Below are positions 27,261 to 42,840 of a stretch of 64,000 nt of DNA, in pieces (the stretch's first letter is position 1; each line of letters starts with the position of its first letter). The translations under genes and the position numbers were made by a program. The DNA comes from the human T2T-CHM13v2.0 reference genome, Homo sapiens: NCBI RefSeq assembly GCF_009914755.1, contig NC_060938.1. One strand, 5' to 3'. The notes under the pieces were generated by a model, which was not told where the DNA came from, did no database searches, and saw only the letters and a program-made list of their open reading frames with translations.

Positions 27261-27650
27261 GCTCAGAAGCCAAATACCTCGATATCAACCTTTTCCTCTC
27301 CCTCATCCAACTGGTCATAAAGTCATTTCCATTCCACATCTTAGATGTTTCCCAAATCCAGCCCCACTTCTTCCTCACCAGTTCTCTCCATTCACTGCCT
27401 CAACCGAGGCCATCCATCATCTAATACCTAATTGTCTAGTTCTTATTCCTACCCTAGGCTCTCCCAGTCTAGTCCACAATCCTGTCCACAGGACATAGTC
27501 CAACCTATCTCTCCAAACTAATTTCTTCCTGCCTCCCTGCCTACCCCCTCATAACCTACTTTTTAGCTACTCTAAACTTCTCACTTTTTTCATTTTGTAC
27601 AACTTTATTAAAGTATAACTGAGAGAGAGAGTGAGAGGGAGTTGTTGTGT

Positions 27651-27966
27651 GTTTTTTTGTTTTGTTTTGTTTTGTTTTTTGAGATGCAGTCTTGCTTTGT
27701 CACCCAGACTGGAGTACAGTGACCAGATCATAAGTCCCTGCAGCCTTGAACTACTGGGCTCAAGAGATCCTCCTTCCCCAGCCTCCTGAATGGTGGGACT
27801 ACAGGTGCACACAACCATGCACAGTCCAGTTTAAAATTTTTTTTTTTTGTAGAGACAGGGTCTCACTATGTTGTTCAGGCTGGTTTCAAACTTCTAGCCT
27901 CAAGCAATCCTCCCACCTCAGCCTCCTAAAGCACTGGGATTACACGTGTGAATTACTGTGCCCAGC
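27651..27966 (-). mobile_element. AluJ
   Basis: Dimeric, diverged Alu with a (T4G)n tail. Confidence 0.85.
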
Positions 27967-27969
27967 TTG

Positions 27970-29960
27970 ATTTTCTATATTGTTTTTCTGTTTTTCATTT
28001 CAATGATTTCTGGTCTCATTTCTGTTTCTTTTATTCTACTAACATTGTGTTTAATTTGCTCTTCTTTTTCTAGTTTCTTAACATATAAGCTGAGGTCATT
28101 GATTTGAGGCTACACTAGCTTCCTATGGCTGTTGTAACAAATTACCACAAACTCAGAGGCTTAAAGATCAGGAATGTATTCTCTCACAGTTATGGGAGCT
28201 AGAAGTCTGAAATCAAGGTGTCCGCAGATTGTACTCTCTCCAGAGGCTCTGGGGAGATTCTGTTCCTTGCTTCTTCCAGCTTCTGGAGGCTTTTGGCATT
28301 CATTGGCTTGTGACACATTTCTCCAATCTGTCTCCATTTCCACATGGCCTTCTTTGTATGTGTTTCTCTTTGTCTCTTATAAAGATGCTGTGATGACACT
28401 GAAGTTCCACTCAGATAATCCAGGGTGATCTCATCTCAAGATTCTCAATTATATCTGCAAAGACTCTTTTTCCAAATAAGGTAACATTCAAAGGTTCTAG
28501 TGATTAGGATGTGGACTTATCTTTCCAGAAGCCACAATTCAGTCCACACAGAGACCTTTCTTCTTTTCTAAACAGGCATTTACTACTCAGAATTTCCCTC
28601 TAAGCACTACTTTAGCTGCATCCCACACATTTTTATAGGTTATGTTTTCAGTTTCATTTTCAAGTCAGTGAAAACATGTTCAAATTCCCCTTTTGATGCC
28701 TTCTTTGACTCTTGAGTTATAGAGACTTATGTTCTTTAATTTCTAAATGGTGGTTTTCTAGAGATCTTGCTGCTATTGGTTGCTAATTTGATTCTGTTGT
28801 GATCAAGGTACTTGGTATGACAGGAATCCTTTCAAATTTATTGAGGCTTGTTTAATGGCCCAGAAAATGATCTGTCTTGGTGGATGTATATGCACATTTG
28901 AAAGGAATGCTTGCTCTGCTGTTGTTGAGTGGAGTGTGTATAAATGTCAATTCGGTCAACTTGTTCCATAGTGTTATTCAAGTCTTCCATGCCCTTCTTG
29001 TTATTCTGTCTACTTATTGAGAGAGACATGTTGAAATCTTCATCTATAATTGTGAGTTTCACTATTCTCCTTATAGTTCTATCAGCTTTTGCTTCATGTA
29101 TTTTGAAGATCTGTTACTAGGTTCATAAACACTTAGGATTGTTATGTCCTCTTGAATTCAATATTTTATCATTATGAAATGATCTCTTTTTTATCTCTGC
29201 TAATATTCCATGTTCTGAAGTCTTTTTCTGATTATTTAGACCAGTTTCATTTAATATGGTTATTGATATGTTGAGTTTAAATATACTATCTTGCTGTTTG
29301 TGTTCTATTTGAGACTTCAACTATGTCTTCCTTTTCCTCTTTTTATGCCTTTTTTTGGGGTATTGAGTGTTTTCTACAATTTCATTATATCTCCTTTTTT
29401 GCATATTAGCAAAACATTTTCATGTGTTGTTTTAGTGGTTGCTTTGAGATTTAATTTAGCATCACAGTCTACTTTCAAATTATACTATACCACCTCATGT
29501 ATAATAGAAGATCCTTACAACTGCACACTTTTATTATTTTCTCTTCTGGTTTTTGTGCTATTGTCTTATATTTTACTTCTAAATATATCCACAATAAATG
29601 TTTATTATTTTTGTCTTACACAGTCAGTAATCTTTTAAAGAGATGTAAATAGTAAAAAAAATTCTTTTATATTTCACACATAGTTACTATTTCTGGTGCT
29701 CTTCACTCCTTTGTGTAGGTTCATATTTCCATCTAGTATTATTTTCTTACAAAGAATTTCTTTTCAACATTTCTTATAGTACTGGTGTGATGTTGATTAA
29801 TTCTTTCAGCTTTGCCTGTCTTTATTTCATCCTCATTTTGCAAAGATATTTTCATTAGGTATAGAATTATAGGTTCACAATGTTTCTGGGTTTTCTACCC
29901 CCAGCACTTTGAAGATGTTGTCCCAGTGTTTTCTGGCTGAAATTGTTTCCAGGGACAGCA
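27970..29960 (-). mobile_element. Old L1 fragment including the ORF2 endonuclease region
   Basis: ORF 28838..29062 (TIIDEDFNMSLS..RQ..KGMEDLNNTMEQVDRIDIY) resembles L1 ORF2p EN (TIIVGDFNTPLS..DLN..LDLIDIY). The + strand is T-rich. Confidence 0.8.
28111..28550 (-). mobile_element. MLT1C-like MaLR solo LTR inserted in L1
   Basis: MLT1 motifs TGTAACAAATTACCACAAACT and AGTCTGAAATCAAGGTGTC. 5-bp TSD GAGGC/GAGAC at 28106-28110 and 28551-28555. Confidence 0.75.
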
Positions 29961-30574
29961 CAAAAGTGTGGAGCACTGGGAGGGCTTCACCTCTACCTCA
30001 ACAGTCTTCACAAACTCTCTCTAATCTCTGATATGGAAAATTAATTTTTAGTAGGTTGTGTAAGTGAAGTTTTATAGCCCTGCTTCCCATCTGCCTAAAT
30101 GGCACACAAGATTGTTTTCCATCGCCATATCCTCACTGTACATGGAAATTCTGGAACTCCCACCAATTGCTTCCAGAGCAGCGGCACATGTCAGAGTTAG
30201 ACATTCTATCATCCCAATTTTGAGCCCTTTCCAGGATATAACTGCCATTATTAAATGGTTATTTTTTCTTACCTAAGACTTTTTAAAATGATCCATGAAG
30301 ATGTACTCTTTTGAGGATGCAAGGAGAGAATTACAGCATATGTTTTTAAGAGGTTACCTTGTGCTTAATTGAAGTTATTCATTAAAGTCTTACAAACTAT
30401 GTCTTAGGAGAACATAGAATTTCAGACCAATAGTAAGAAATGCATTAGCCTGGGCCTTTTGAGACCAAAGCTTGGGGAACACTCTTAGATAAAGGAATAG
30501 TCTTGGCTGGACCCTTCCTTCTGGCAAGATACATTCCAGGCATTTTGGCATTCATATTACAAGAGAAAGGTAAT

Positions 30575-30675
30575 ATATTCCCTATTTTTATAGATGAGGA
30601 AACCGAAGCCCAGAAAGGTTAAGTAAATTGCTGAAGATCACATGGCTAGTAAGTAGTAGAACTAAGTTTTGATTG
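30575..30675 (-). mobile_element. MIR
   Basis: ATTTTTATAGATGAGGAAACCGAAGCCCAGAAAGGTTAAGTAAATTGCTGAAGATCACA matches the MIR core. Confidence 0.75.
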
Positions 30676-31329
30676 TCAACATGTCATATTCCAAACCACA
30701 AGAGGAGTCATTGCCTAAATAATCAGACCTTTAAAGAATTGTCTACCTATCCCCCATTCAACATCTTGAAATTTTATAGTTATTTTGACAGCAAGATAGT
30801 TCAAATATCTACTCATCTGCTTGGGGAGTTTCTTTGTATTACTCCCTTGTCTAGCTCCGTAGATGTCAAACTTTAATGTGGACAAAAATTATTCTATCAA
30901 AGTATAATCTCAAATTTTGTTACCATTTCATCAGTTTTCTAGGGTACTTTTGGTATTATTAAATTTTACCTTAAGGAGTGTCATATTTTAAACGTAACAA
31001 CTAATTGTTATGGAACCACACTGTATTATTTCCACTATATTCAATGCTTCTCTAATTTTCAACAAATAGTTTCCAGTCCTTTTGGAAAAATGTAGTAATA
31101 AGGAAAACACTGTGGGTAAGAGTATATTTACCAAGTTTATATGACTTTATTTTAGATTTCAGGGAGTGTGATTAATGAACCTGAAGAGTTTAAATTCTTG
31201 TTCGTAGTGAGGAAGATGACTTCTCAAAAGACAAAGTTAAGCATGGAAGTTTAATCTAAGACAGCACCTGTCAAACTTTGGAGTGCATAAGTATAACCCA
31301 AAAAGCTTGTTTTAAGTGTATATTCTTGA

Positions 31330-31410
31330 ATGGGTGTTCTGAGTCCAGTAATAAAAAGTACATTATCTGACTATGCCTTTTTCAGATAATAATGATAAAC
31401 TCTGGACAAT

Positions 31411-31441
<31 letters not shown>

Positions 31442-32150
31442 ATTATTTGAAGGCACCAGAAAGTGGTCAAAAGAAGAAAGAAACTGAAGAAGTTTCTAGT
31501 CATAAATGGAACTACTCACTGGGTAAGAATTAAACTTACAAGGATATTCTACTGAGGACAATACTCATACCACAGAGCACAGGGCAAATAGAAGGTGAGC
31601 GAAAAAATCCAGTGTTTTTTATTTGAAGTGTGAGAGGATGGAGTCAGGGGCTGAAAGAATATCTGAAAGATTAAGGTAGGGAACTCCTAGAACAGAGGAA
31701 TCTAGAGACTCTAAAATGTATTTTTCACAATGGCAGATTAAAATAAAAAATTACTAGGCATGTGAAGACATAGAAGATAATTTCCAAAATCAGAAGAGAA
31801 TGCAGTCAATAGAAGCAAATCTCCAGGTTTGGAATTAGCAGAAAAGTACATTTAAAGAGGTATATATATATATATATTCGAAGACAAATTAAAATATGTC
31901 AATAACTGAACAAATTGGGGAACTCTATCAGAGAAATGGAAGCTATTTTAAAAATGAATTGAAAATTCTCTAAAGAGCTATAGCGTCTGAAATGGAAAAG
32001 AAAAATCTCTGGGATGAGCTGAAAGAAGATTGGCGACAGCAGAAGAGCCAACTTGAATATAGAATTTATCCAGTCTGAGAAGCAGAAGGAATAAAAATTA
32101 AAAACAAAAACAGCCCCAGTGATCTGTGGGACAATATCAAATGATCAGAA
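31330..32150 (+). mobile_element. Old L1 5'/ORF1 fragment with (CA)n at 31410-31440
   Basis: A-rich, decayed ORF1-like sequence ending CAGTGATCTGTGGGACAATATCAAA. Confidence 0.6.
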
Positions 32151-32154
32151 ACAT

Positions 32155-33960
<1,806 letters not shown>

Positions 33961-33975
33961 CATTTGATTCTTATT

Positions 33976-34194
33976 TAATTTTTTTTTTTTTATAGATGGA
34001 ATCTCACCATGTTGCCAAGGCTGGTCTTGAACTCCTGTTGTTTTTCAACTTCCTTTAGTTGAATCTCATATTTTTGAAATTCATGAAAAATGAATTTCAT
34101 GAATTCATGTTTTAATTCATTTCACTCAAGTGATCCTCCTGCCTCAGCTTCCTGAGTAACTGAGACTACAGGCATGTGTCACCATTCCAGGCCA
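33976..34194 (-). mobile_element. FLAM-type Alu monomer interrupted by an 87-bp templated insertion (34038-34124)
   Basis: Reads GTTGCCAAGGCTGGTCTTGAACTCCTG[insert]CTCAAGTGATCCTCCTGCCTCAGC. Confidence 0.85.
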
Positions 34195-34679
34195 CTTGGT
34201 TCCTTTTATAGTTTCTATTTCTTCATTTATTACAAGCATATTTTCCTTTATGTCCTTTGAGCATAGTTATAATGCAGCTTTAAAATTCTTGTTTGCTAAA
34301 TTTAACATCTGGATCATCTTGGGGTTGGTATCAATTGTGTATGGGTCTCATTTTCCTTTTTCTTCATATTTCTAGTAACATTGGATTGCATCTGGTCCTT
34401 GTGAATGATTCATTGTGGAGGCTCTGTGAGTTTGCTACTGTGTGGAGTCTCTTCAGGAAAAAGCCATAAAAGAGAGATACTTCTCCAATTCCATTCTCTT
34501 CATCCAACTGCTGACTCTCTTATTCTTTTTGTTGGCTTTGAGTTATTCTCTGGGGCTTTTAGGTAGTCTTTTTATATTTTTTTCTGGAATTTACAGTTAT
34601 CTGAAAAAGAATTGGTTAAATAGAAACTACTTTGCCATTATGAGAAGCATTTTTTTTTTTTTTTTACTTTTCATCTTTC

Positions 34680-34854
34680 TTTGTTGTTGTTGTTTTAGAT
34701 ATGGTGTCTCACTATGTTGAGCAGGCTGGAATGCAGTGACTACTCATAGGGATGATCAAAGAGCACTGCAGCCTCCAGCTCCTGGCCTGAAGTGATCCTC
34801 CTGCCTCAGTTTCCTGAGTAGCTGGGACTACAGGCATGTGCCACTGTGCCTAGC
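34680..34854 (-). mobile_element. FAM (fossil Alu monomer)
   Basis: Monomer retaining a diverged 7SL-derived segment (GTGACTACTCATAGGGATGATC). Confidence 0.65.
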
Positions 34855-35635
34855 TTTATTTTTGATCTGTCTGTGTCTTTACATTTATTTTTTTCTTGTA
34901 GATAACATATACTTGAGTCTTGCTTTTTTATCCAGACTGATAATTCATGCCTTTTAACTGGTGTATTTAGACCACATATAAAGTAATTTTTAGTACAGTA
35001 GTTTTAATTCTATCATACTTCTATTTGTCTAATGTTTGTTCTCTCTGTTCTTTGTTGTTTTTACCCCTTTTTTCAGCCATCTTTTGGTAGTTCAGTATTT
35101 CTTTAGTATTCAGTTTTATCTTTGTCATTGGTTTATTTGCTATAACTCTTTTAAGAAATGATCTACAGTTTACAATATACATCTTTAACTTATAGTTTAC
35201 TTTCAAATAATATTTTAGCACTTCACATATAATGTAAACACCTTATAACAGTATAATTCAATATTTCTGTTGTCATATATTTTACTTCTATATATATAAT
35301 AAACAGTCTATTATTTTTAAATAATAAATTTTGAAACCAGGGAAACTATCTTTTATTCCTATTCATATATTTGCCATTTCTAGCACTCCTTTATTCCTTT
35401 GTGTGGCTTTTATTTTCTCTCAGTATGAAGAACTTCCTTTAACATTTTTGTAGTTCAAGTCTGCTGACAACCAAGGTTTTGTTGGTCAAACAATGTTTTC
35501 TCCTGTGTTCCATTTTGAAGAATATTTTTATTGACTATAGAATTCTAGGTTGAAAATTTCTTTTCTTTTTGAACCTTAAAGATGTTATTCTATTTTCTTC
35601 TGCCTTTATTATTTTTGATGAGAATTCACCTGTAT

Positions 35636-35802
35636 TCTTTTTGGTGAAACAGGGTCTTGCTATGTTTACCAGGCTGGAGTGCATTGGCTATTCACAGGCA
35701 CAATCATAGCATACTATAACCTCTAACTCCATGGTTCAAGTGATCCTTTTGCCTCAGCCTTCCAAGTAGTTGGGACTACGAGCATGTGCCCCCAGACCTG
35801 GC
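35636..35802 (-). mobile_element. FAM (fossil Alu monomer)
   Basis: Monomer with the diagnostic GGCTATTCACAGGC at 35686-35699. Confidence 0.8.
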
Positions 35803-36326
35803 TTCTGTCATCCTTATCTTTGGTTTTCTGACTGTTTTTAATATTTCTCATTGTTATTATTTTCAGCAATTGTGTATTATGTGCCTTCATGGTTCTTTGT
35901 GATTATCATGCTTGAACTTTGTTGAATGTATTGGATATGTGGGCTTATAGTTTTCAACAAATTTGAAACGTTTTTGGCCATTATTTATGTAAATAATTTT
36001 TCTGTCCCTTCTGTTTTTGGGCTTCAATTTTAAGGACACTAGACTGCTTGAAATTTTCTTATAGTTCATAAAATATTTGTTCTTTTTCTTCTTCTTCTTT
36101 GTGCTTTAGTTTGAATAGTATTGCCATGTATTCAAGTTTAGTGATTTTTTCCCCCAATCTGTCTAATCTTCTTTTAAGCTTCCAGTAAATTAGTGATTTC
36201 AGATATTTTGTTTTGCATGTCTGGAAGTTCCATTTGCTGGTCTTCATGTCTTCTATTTCTTCACTCATTATGTTTATGTTTTTCTTTAAATCTTTGAACA
36301 CATCTGTAATATCTGTTGTATGTGTG

Positions 36327-36655
36327 TTTTTTGTTTTTTTTTTTGTTTGTTTGTTTAATTGGTTTTTGTTTTTGAGATGGAGTCTTACTCTGTTGCCTAG
36401 GCTGGAGTGCAGTGGCCCAATCTTGGCTCAGTGCAACCTCTGCCTCCCAGATTCATGTGATTCTCATGCCTCAGCCTCCTGAGTAGCTGGGATTACAGGT
36501 GCCTGCCACCATGCCCAGCTAATTTTTGTATTTTTAGTAGAGACGGCGTTTTGCCATGTTGGTCACGCTGGTTTCAAACTCCTGACCTCAGGTGATCTGC
36601 CCACCTTGGCCTCCCAAAGTGCTAGGATTACAGGCATGAGCCACTGCACTTGGCC
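36327..36655 (-). mobile_element. AluS
   Basis: Full dimer containing CCTGACCTCAGGTGATC. Confidence 0.9.
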
Positions 36656-36656
36656 C

Positions 36657-37059
<403 letters not shown>

Positions 37060-38246
37060 TAAAATTGGATTTTAGATATTGTGAATATTACACTGTTGTG
37101 TGTTAAGATTTTGTTACTTTCCTCATTGAGTGTTGGATTTTGTTTGATCAGACAGACAAGTTTCTTGCTGATCAGCTTGGTCATTTGAGGACTTACTTTT
37201 AAGCTTTTAGAACAAAGCTAGATTAGTCTTACCCCATATAGTTAGCTTAACTCTACTACTAAGGTGTGACATTTCTAGGATCTCTACTGAATGACCAGTG
37301 CAAACAAAATCTCTTCACTCTGTCTTATTAGAACCCAAACACTTCCCAGCCCAGTGTAAGCTATGGGAAATTTTTAATTTACAGCTTCATTCATTGCCTA
37401 GCCTTCTGGAATCTCATCCTATTTATGTGCTGCTTATATTCAAAGACTCAAGAGGACACTATGAATATTTCTGGAGCTCTTTTGTTGGCATAGCTCTCTT
37501 CTAGTGCTCTCACACATTCCACCCACCTCACCCTCCTCAAACTTTGATCCCTGTCTTCTCAACTTAGCAAGACTGCCATATGCTCTTGGGATTCCTTTCC
37601 TGTGTCATTGTCCAGGTTCTTATTGCAGGCAGAAAGCTTGAGTGATTGTAAGGCTCTCGTCATCTGTTTCTCTTTTCTCAGGGACCATAGTCCTGAACTA
37701 TTTGTGACCTAATGTCTGAAAAGTTGTTTTATATGTTTTATCTAGTTTTCTACTTGCCTACAGTGGTTGGAGATGTTTGTCACTAGTTAGTAATAGCTGG
37801 AAGTGGTACCAGTGACCTAATTATTTTTACCCCCAGCAATTTTCTTCAAACCAAGAGCTAGAGTTAATGGAGTCACATTTGTATGAGCATAGAACAGACA
37901 AAATTGGACTTGGGTTGACAATCTTTTTTTCCTAGGAGGCAGCTGGAGAAAATGGTTACATAAGCCCCAGCACCTAAATCTTTTATGGATTGATTGTTAC
38001 TTCTAATTTACTAAGCAAAGATAATAACATGTGCCAGAAAAGTAAATAAATTTCTGCTAAATAAAGTGTACATTCAATAGGACTGAACAAAGTCATTGCA
38101 TGTTGAAGCGAAAGCCCCTTCTGAGAAACAACAAAATTACCAGAGAATTAAATCAAAGAGACTTTGAGAGAAACTAACCAATATTCTCAAACTTTGAAAT
38201 GAAGTACAGGAAGCAAAGTGGGTCGTGGATCAGATGAAAAGCTTTT

Positions 38247-38820
38247 TTAGTCAAGATTCAATTAGAGAAGCAGGGCTACTAGAAAATATAGATAGAGAGA
38301 TGGCTGATTGATTGATTGATATAAATATAGATATATTGAGACATATATCCCAGATATATATTTAACACACATGCATACATACACAAACACAGAACTTTGT
38401 TACAGGGATTTGACCTCAATTGTGAAAGCTGGTCGAGAAGTCTCTGTAAAGTGATATTAGAGCTTGAAGTTTCTCAGGACAGGCAGTTAGGAAGGGATGT
38501 AAACTTCAAGAGAGAAAGGACAAGCCAGAACCACCAGGCACGTCCTGAAACCCGAAAAGATAAGCTAAAACTTGTGTTAGTTCTTACTGATGCTGATCTT
38601 GATGGCATGGATACCCTGCAAAAGAAATTGGTGCCTTTAGTCATGGAGCTGAAGACACACCTAGCCTAGGAGTTAGAGAAGCTGAAGGAGAATTCAGGGG
38701 AAGGTGGAGCTGTTACAGACTAATAGGTGAGCCAGAAGGTAGGTGACAATGTGTATGTCACTTTAAAAATCGGCTTTTGCTTCATTTGTGTCCTTTAAAT
38801 CTCAGATAAGCATAGATCTT
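38247..38820. mobile_element. Probable MLT2-type ERVL LTR with internal simple repeats
   Basis: Layout TTAGTCAAGATTC..AGAGAAGCAG..(ATAG/GATT)n..TTTGTTACAGGGATTTGAC resembles MLT2 LTRs. Confidence 0.4.
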
Positions 38821-38823
38821 GTG

Positions 38824-38982
38824 AGTTGGGCATGATGGCACATGCCTGTAGTTTCAGCTACTTGGGAGTCTGAGACAGGAGAATCCTTTGAGGCCAGGAG
38901 TTAGAGACTGTAGGGTGCCATGATCGTACCTGTGAATAGCCACTGCATTTCAGCCTGGGCATTATAATGGGACAAAAGTCTC
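38824..38982 (+). mobile_element. FAM (fossil Alu monomer)
   Basis: Monomer with the diagnostic CCTGTGAATAGCCACTGCA at 38929-38947. Confidence 0.8.
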
Positions 38983-39279
38983 ATCCACTAAGCCAGAGGA
39001 AACTGAGCTGCTGGGATGATAATGGTCTGCAGAGATAGGCAACATGATCACTTAGCAGTGGCAAGGAGGTCAGTCAAGGCCAATGAGAGACTCTAGGTTT
39101 ACTATTAGTCCATTCAGCACTAGAAACAAGTCTATGAGTCAATTGTCTATGCTCAAGTAAACTGGGATCCTATTAAGAATAGAGGTGACCGAGTTCATTC
39201 TCATCTGATTACTTAATCCCTAGGAGCCCCAGTTTCCTTGTGTGTAAAATAATAATATATTGGTTTGCAAAGCTGTTGA

Positions 39280-39558
39280 GGCCAGGCACCGTGGCTTACA
39301 CCTGTAAATGCAGCACTTTGGAAGGCTAAGGCAGGATCTTGAACCCAGGAGTTTGAGACCAGCCTGGGTAACATGGTAAGGAGTTTCTACACAATTTTTT
39401 AAAATTAGCTGGGCATGGTGGTGAGGGCCTGTGGTCCCAGCTACTCTAGAGGCTGAGATGGGAGGATTGCTTGAGCCCAGAAGATCAAGGCTGGAGTGAG
39501 TAATGATCACGCCGCTGCACTCCAGCCTGGGCAACAGAGCAAGTCCCTATTTTTAAAA
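39280..39558 (+). mobile_element. AluJ inserted in a MIR
   Basis: Diverged dimer with TSD AAAGCTGTT on both sides. Confidence 0.85.
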
Positions 39559-40009
39559 AAAGCTGTTATGAGGATAAAATGATAAAATGAGATAATATAA
39601 ATAAAACTTTGTATCCTCTGCTCCTTCTACCACCATAGGAGGAATTCAATAAAATGTCAGTTTTCCTTTTCTTCTTTTCCCAGAGGAAAAACTCTGATGC
39701 TATAGTAACTAGAGGCCACTCTCTGCAGGAACACAAGAGATTTTTAATAGGAAGGAGACACCACTGAAATCCAATTCCCCCAGGCACTCAAACCCATTAA
39801 AATGGTTATTTTTTAGGGTCATCCTTGTAGGAACCATGACTCACCAAAATTTCCCCAACCTGTTTGTTGGTGCCTGACATATCTTTAATAAAAGATACTT
39901 CTATTTTATGAATAGCAGCAGTGAAGGTAGAGAGATATAGGCAATAAATACTCTTTATTGGAAACAGTGCCATCCTACTCTAGTGGACTTAGGCAAATCA
40001 CTTAATCTT

Positions 40010-40650
40010 CTCTTTTTACAGACAGTAAAGCACAGTCTTCATGGTGCACAGTTCTGTTCTGACAAGACATAATCATATAATCACCACCAGAACCAAGATA
40101 CAGTACAATTTTGTCATCTCAAAAATTTCTTTGTTCCATTCTTTTGCAGCCAACCTTTGCCTCTAGGAACCACAGATCTGTTTTCTGACACTATAATTTT
40201 GCCTTTTCCAAAATGTCATGTAAATGGAGTCATACATTACATAGCCTTTTGAGGGTGGCTTCATTTACTTGGCATAATGTTTGAGATTCATTAACATTGT
40301 TGCATATTTTAGTAGTTCTTTTTTTTTATTGTTGAGGGGTATTCCATTGTATGGAGGTACCATACTTTGTTTATTCATTCACCAGTTGAAGAACATTTAG
40401 GTTGTTTCTAGTTTTCTTGTGATTAAGATCAAATTTACTAGGAATATGTTACATATTTTGTGTGAACATGAGTGTTCATTTCTCTTGGGTAAATCTGTAG
40501 GCATGGGATTGCATGCTGGGTCATGTGATAAGTTCATGTTTAACTGGATAAGAAATTGCCAAGTTGTTTTCCAAAGCAGCTGTACCATCTTGCTTTCCCT
40601 AGCAGTGCGTGAGTTTTATTTGCTCTGCAATCTCACCAACAACCTTTTCA
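40010..40650 (-). mobile_element. L1M 3' fragment
   Basis: Classic L1 3' motifs such as GTATTCCATTGTATGG and GTTTTCCAAAGCAGCTGTACCAT. Confidence 0.7.
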
Positions 40651-42840
40651 AGGCTAAATTTTCTGACTCTGCTATGGGAAAAATAAATCAAATAATGCAG
40701 TGACAATAAAATTGAAGAGTAGCTGTAAAATGCTTGGAAAACTATAGAGGCACTATGTAATGTGTATAGATATACAGTGATATTTTTAAGGCAAACAAAA
40801 CAGATTTAGGAAACACTTGAATTCACAGAAAGAATAATTGGGCAAAAAAGTCCCATAATTCAGAGGAGTTTGGTTTCCTGTAATCACAACTGTGCACTGA
40901 TGAATCAACTCCTACATAATTAATTTTTTCTTATTTAAAAAATTACAATAAAAAAAGTCAAAAGGTGTCAACAGAAGGCAAAAATCATCTATGATATTAC
41001 CACTCAAATTCGATTATTGATGGCATTTGGGAATAATTCTTTTAGTCTTTTATTCTTACATATATTTTTGCCTGATAATAATTATTATTTATACAAAGTT
41101 TTATATCTTTTTTTTTAAATTTTATATTAAATTCTAAGTATTTCACAGTTATACCATGATCTTAAGAACAATTATATAAAATTTTATAAAGTAGATGAAC
41201 ATGTTTATTTAATTGATCCTTTCTGATAGTATTTTACCATTGCCCTCAATTTTACTATTATAAATAATACTGCAATAGACATGTCCATACATACAGATTT
41301 TTTGTTTTATTTTTTGTTTTTATAATTATTTCCTTAGGATAGATTCTTAGAAGTAGGATTACAGTATTTAAAAGATTGGAATATTTTATGGATCTTAATG
41401 TGTATTTATAGATTGCTTTCCAAAACACCATATCAATTTATATCTGCTGTTAACAAAGCATGTTTCATAATACTTTGGCAATTCCTGGATATTATTATTT
41501 CCAAAGTTTTTTAATACAAGCAATTAAAATGGTACTTTGTTTGTGTTTCTTTGACTGTTAGTGACCCTGAATATTGTGGTAAGAAGCATGGAAGATGTCC
41601 CCCTTTCTGATCCCACTCTCTGAGATTCATTTCCTTGTGCAATCCCCTCCTGAGTGTGGGCTGGACTTACTGTCTTGCCTCTAACAGAGAATATGGCAGA
41701 TATAATATGGTAGATATCAACCTTTAGAAAAGACTCCTTTCATTTTGGGAAAATAAGAATCAGTCCTTTGGTTAAAAAGAAATGTAAAGTAAGTATCCAC
41801 CAAGTTTTCTTAGGTAAAATGGAATTTTTTAGAAGTCTGATTGCAGAAGCTGCTTGTCTTTTGTGGATTGTTTCCATGAGAAGTTGGAGCATTATATTTG
41901 CTTGTTTTCTAAAAATAACTTTAGAATGGACTGAAATACCTGTAATTCAGATTTTGGGAGCCTGGCTTCAGGCATGGAAGCCATGGAAGCTGACGACACT
42001 GCATTCAGCAGACCACAAAGTTTGTTTCAGGTTCACGGATGGGCAAGAACAATAACTTAGACTTGGTTCAAGGTTGATTTTACTTTGATTTACTCCTAAA
42101 GCAGCCAATAAGCAGGGCAAAGTTTGTAGACATGATAAAGATGTAGGTAGACAAATATGGCTTTCCTTTGCCTCTCTCACATGGCGGGGGGGCACACTAG
42201 AAATTTAGCCCCTCTTGTTAGCGTGCCCAGAGCAAGATGTTGCGCCTAGCTGGAAAAGTGAAGACTTTACACCCCCAACCACACCAGCACACACTACACT
42301 CCTCCGCATAGAGTAATAATTCTGCTACATCGTTCATGCATAATGTCCAGGTTCTGGAACGTGAAGTTCTTTCAATGACAACACTTAGAAAAATCCCCTT
42401 ATCAACCCCTGTCCTACTTTCCAAGTCCACTGGGCAAGTCTGGCCCTAGGCTGCCCCATTCACCGTGTCCTACCCAGTCAGACTTCCCCAACTGACAGCA
42501 AGCATCTTAAGATGACTAAAATTAAAAGTCTTTTTCTGGACTCTCTAGGGACACCTATACCTATGTAATGTATATAAGAGTGCTTTTAAGCTGAAAAATA
42601 TGCTAAAAACATGCTAAAACATGCTTCAGTAAGCATGAAGTAGTGGTGCTATACATAGTTATTTTGATTTATCCAGGTTCTGATGCTGATTTGGATAATT
42701 CTCTTCTTTGTATCTTAGCTTCTTCTGAAGGACTAGGAAAAATTATGCTGGATTTTAATAAATATTACATATAATTCTTAAGAGACCTTAAATTATTTTG
42801 GAAAATACATTAAAACCAGACTATCGACATTACTTTTTTT

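Larger units (their letters stand above)
26150..27540 (+). mobile_element. Degraded L2 LINE interrupted by nested MaLR LTRs
   Basis: Pyrimidine-rich L2-like sequence on both sides of 26550-27260. Confidence 0.55.
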
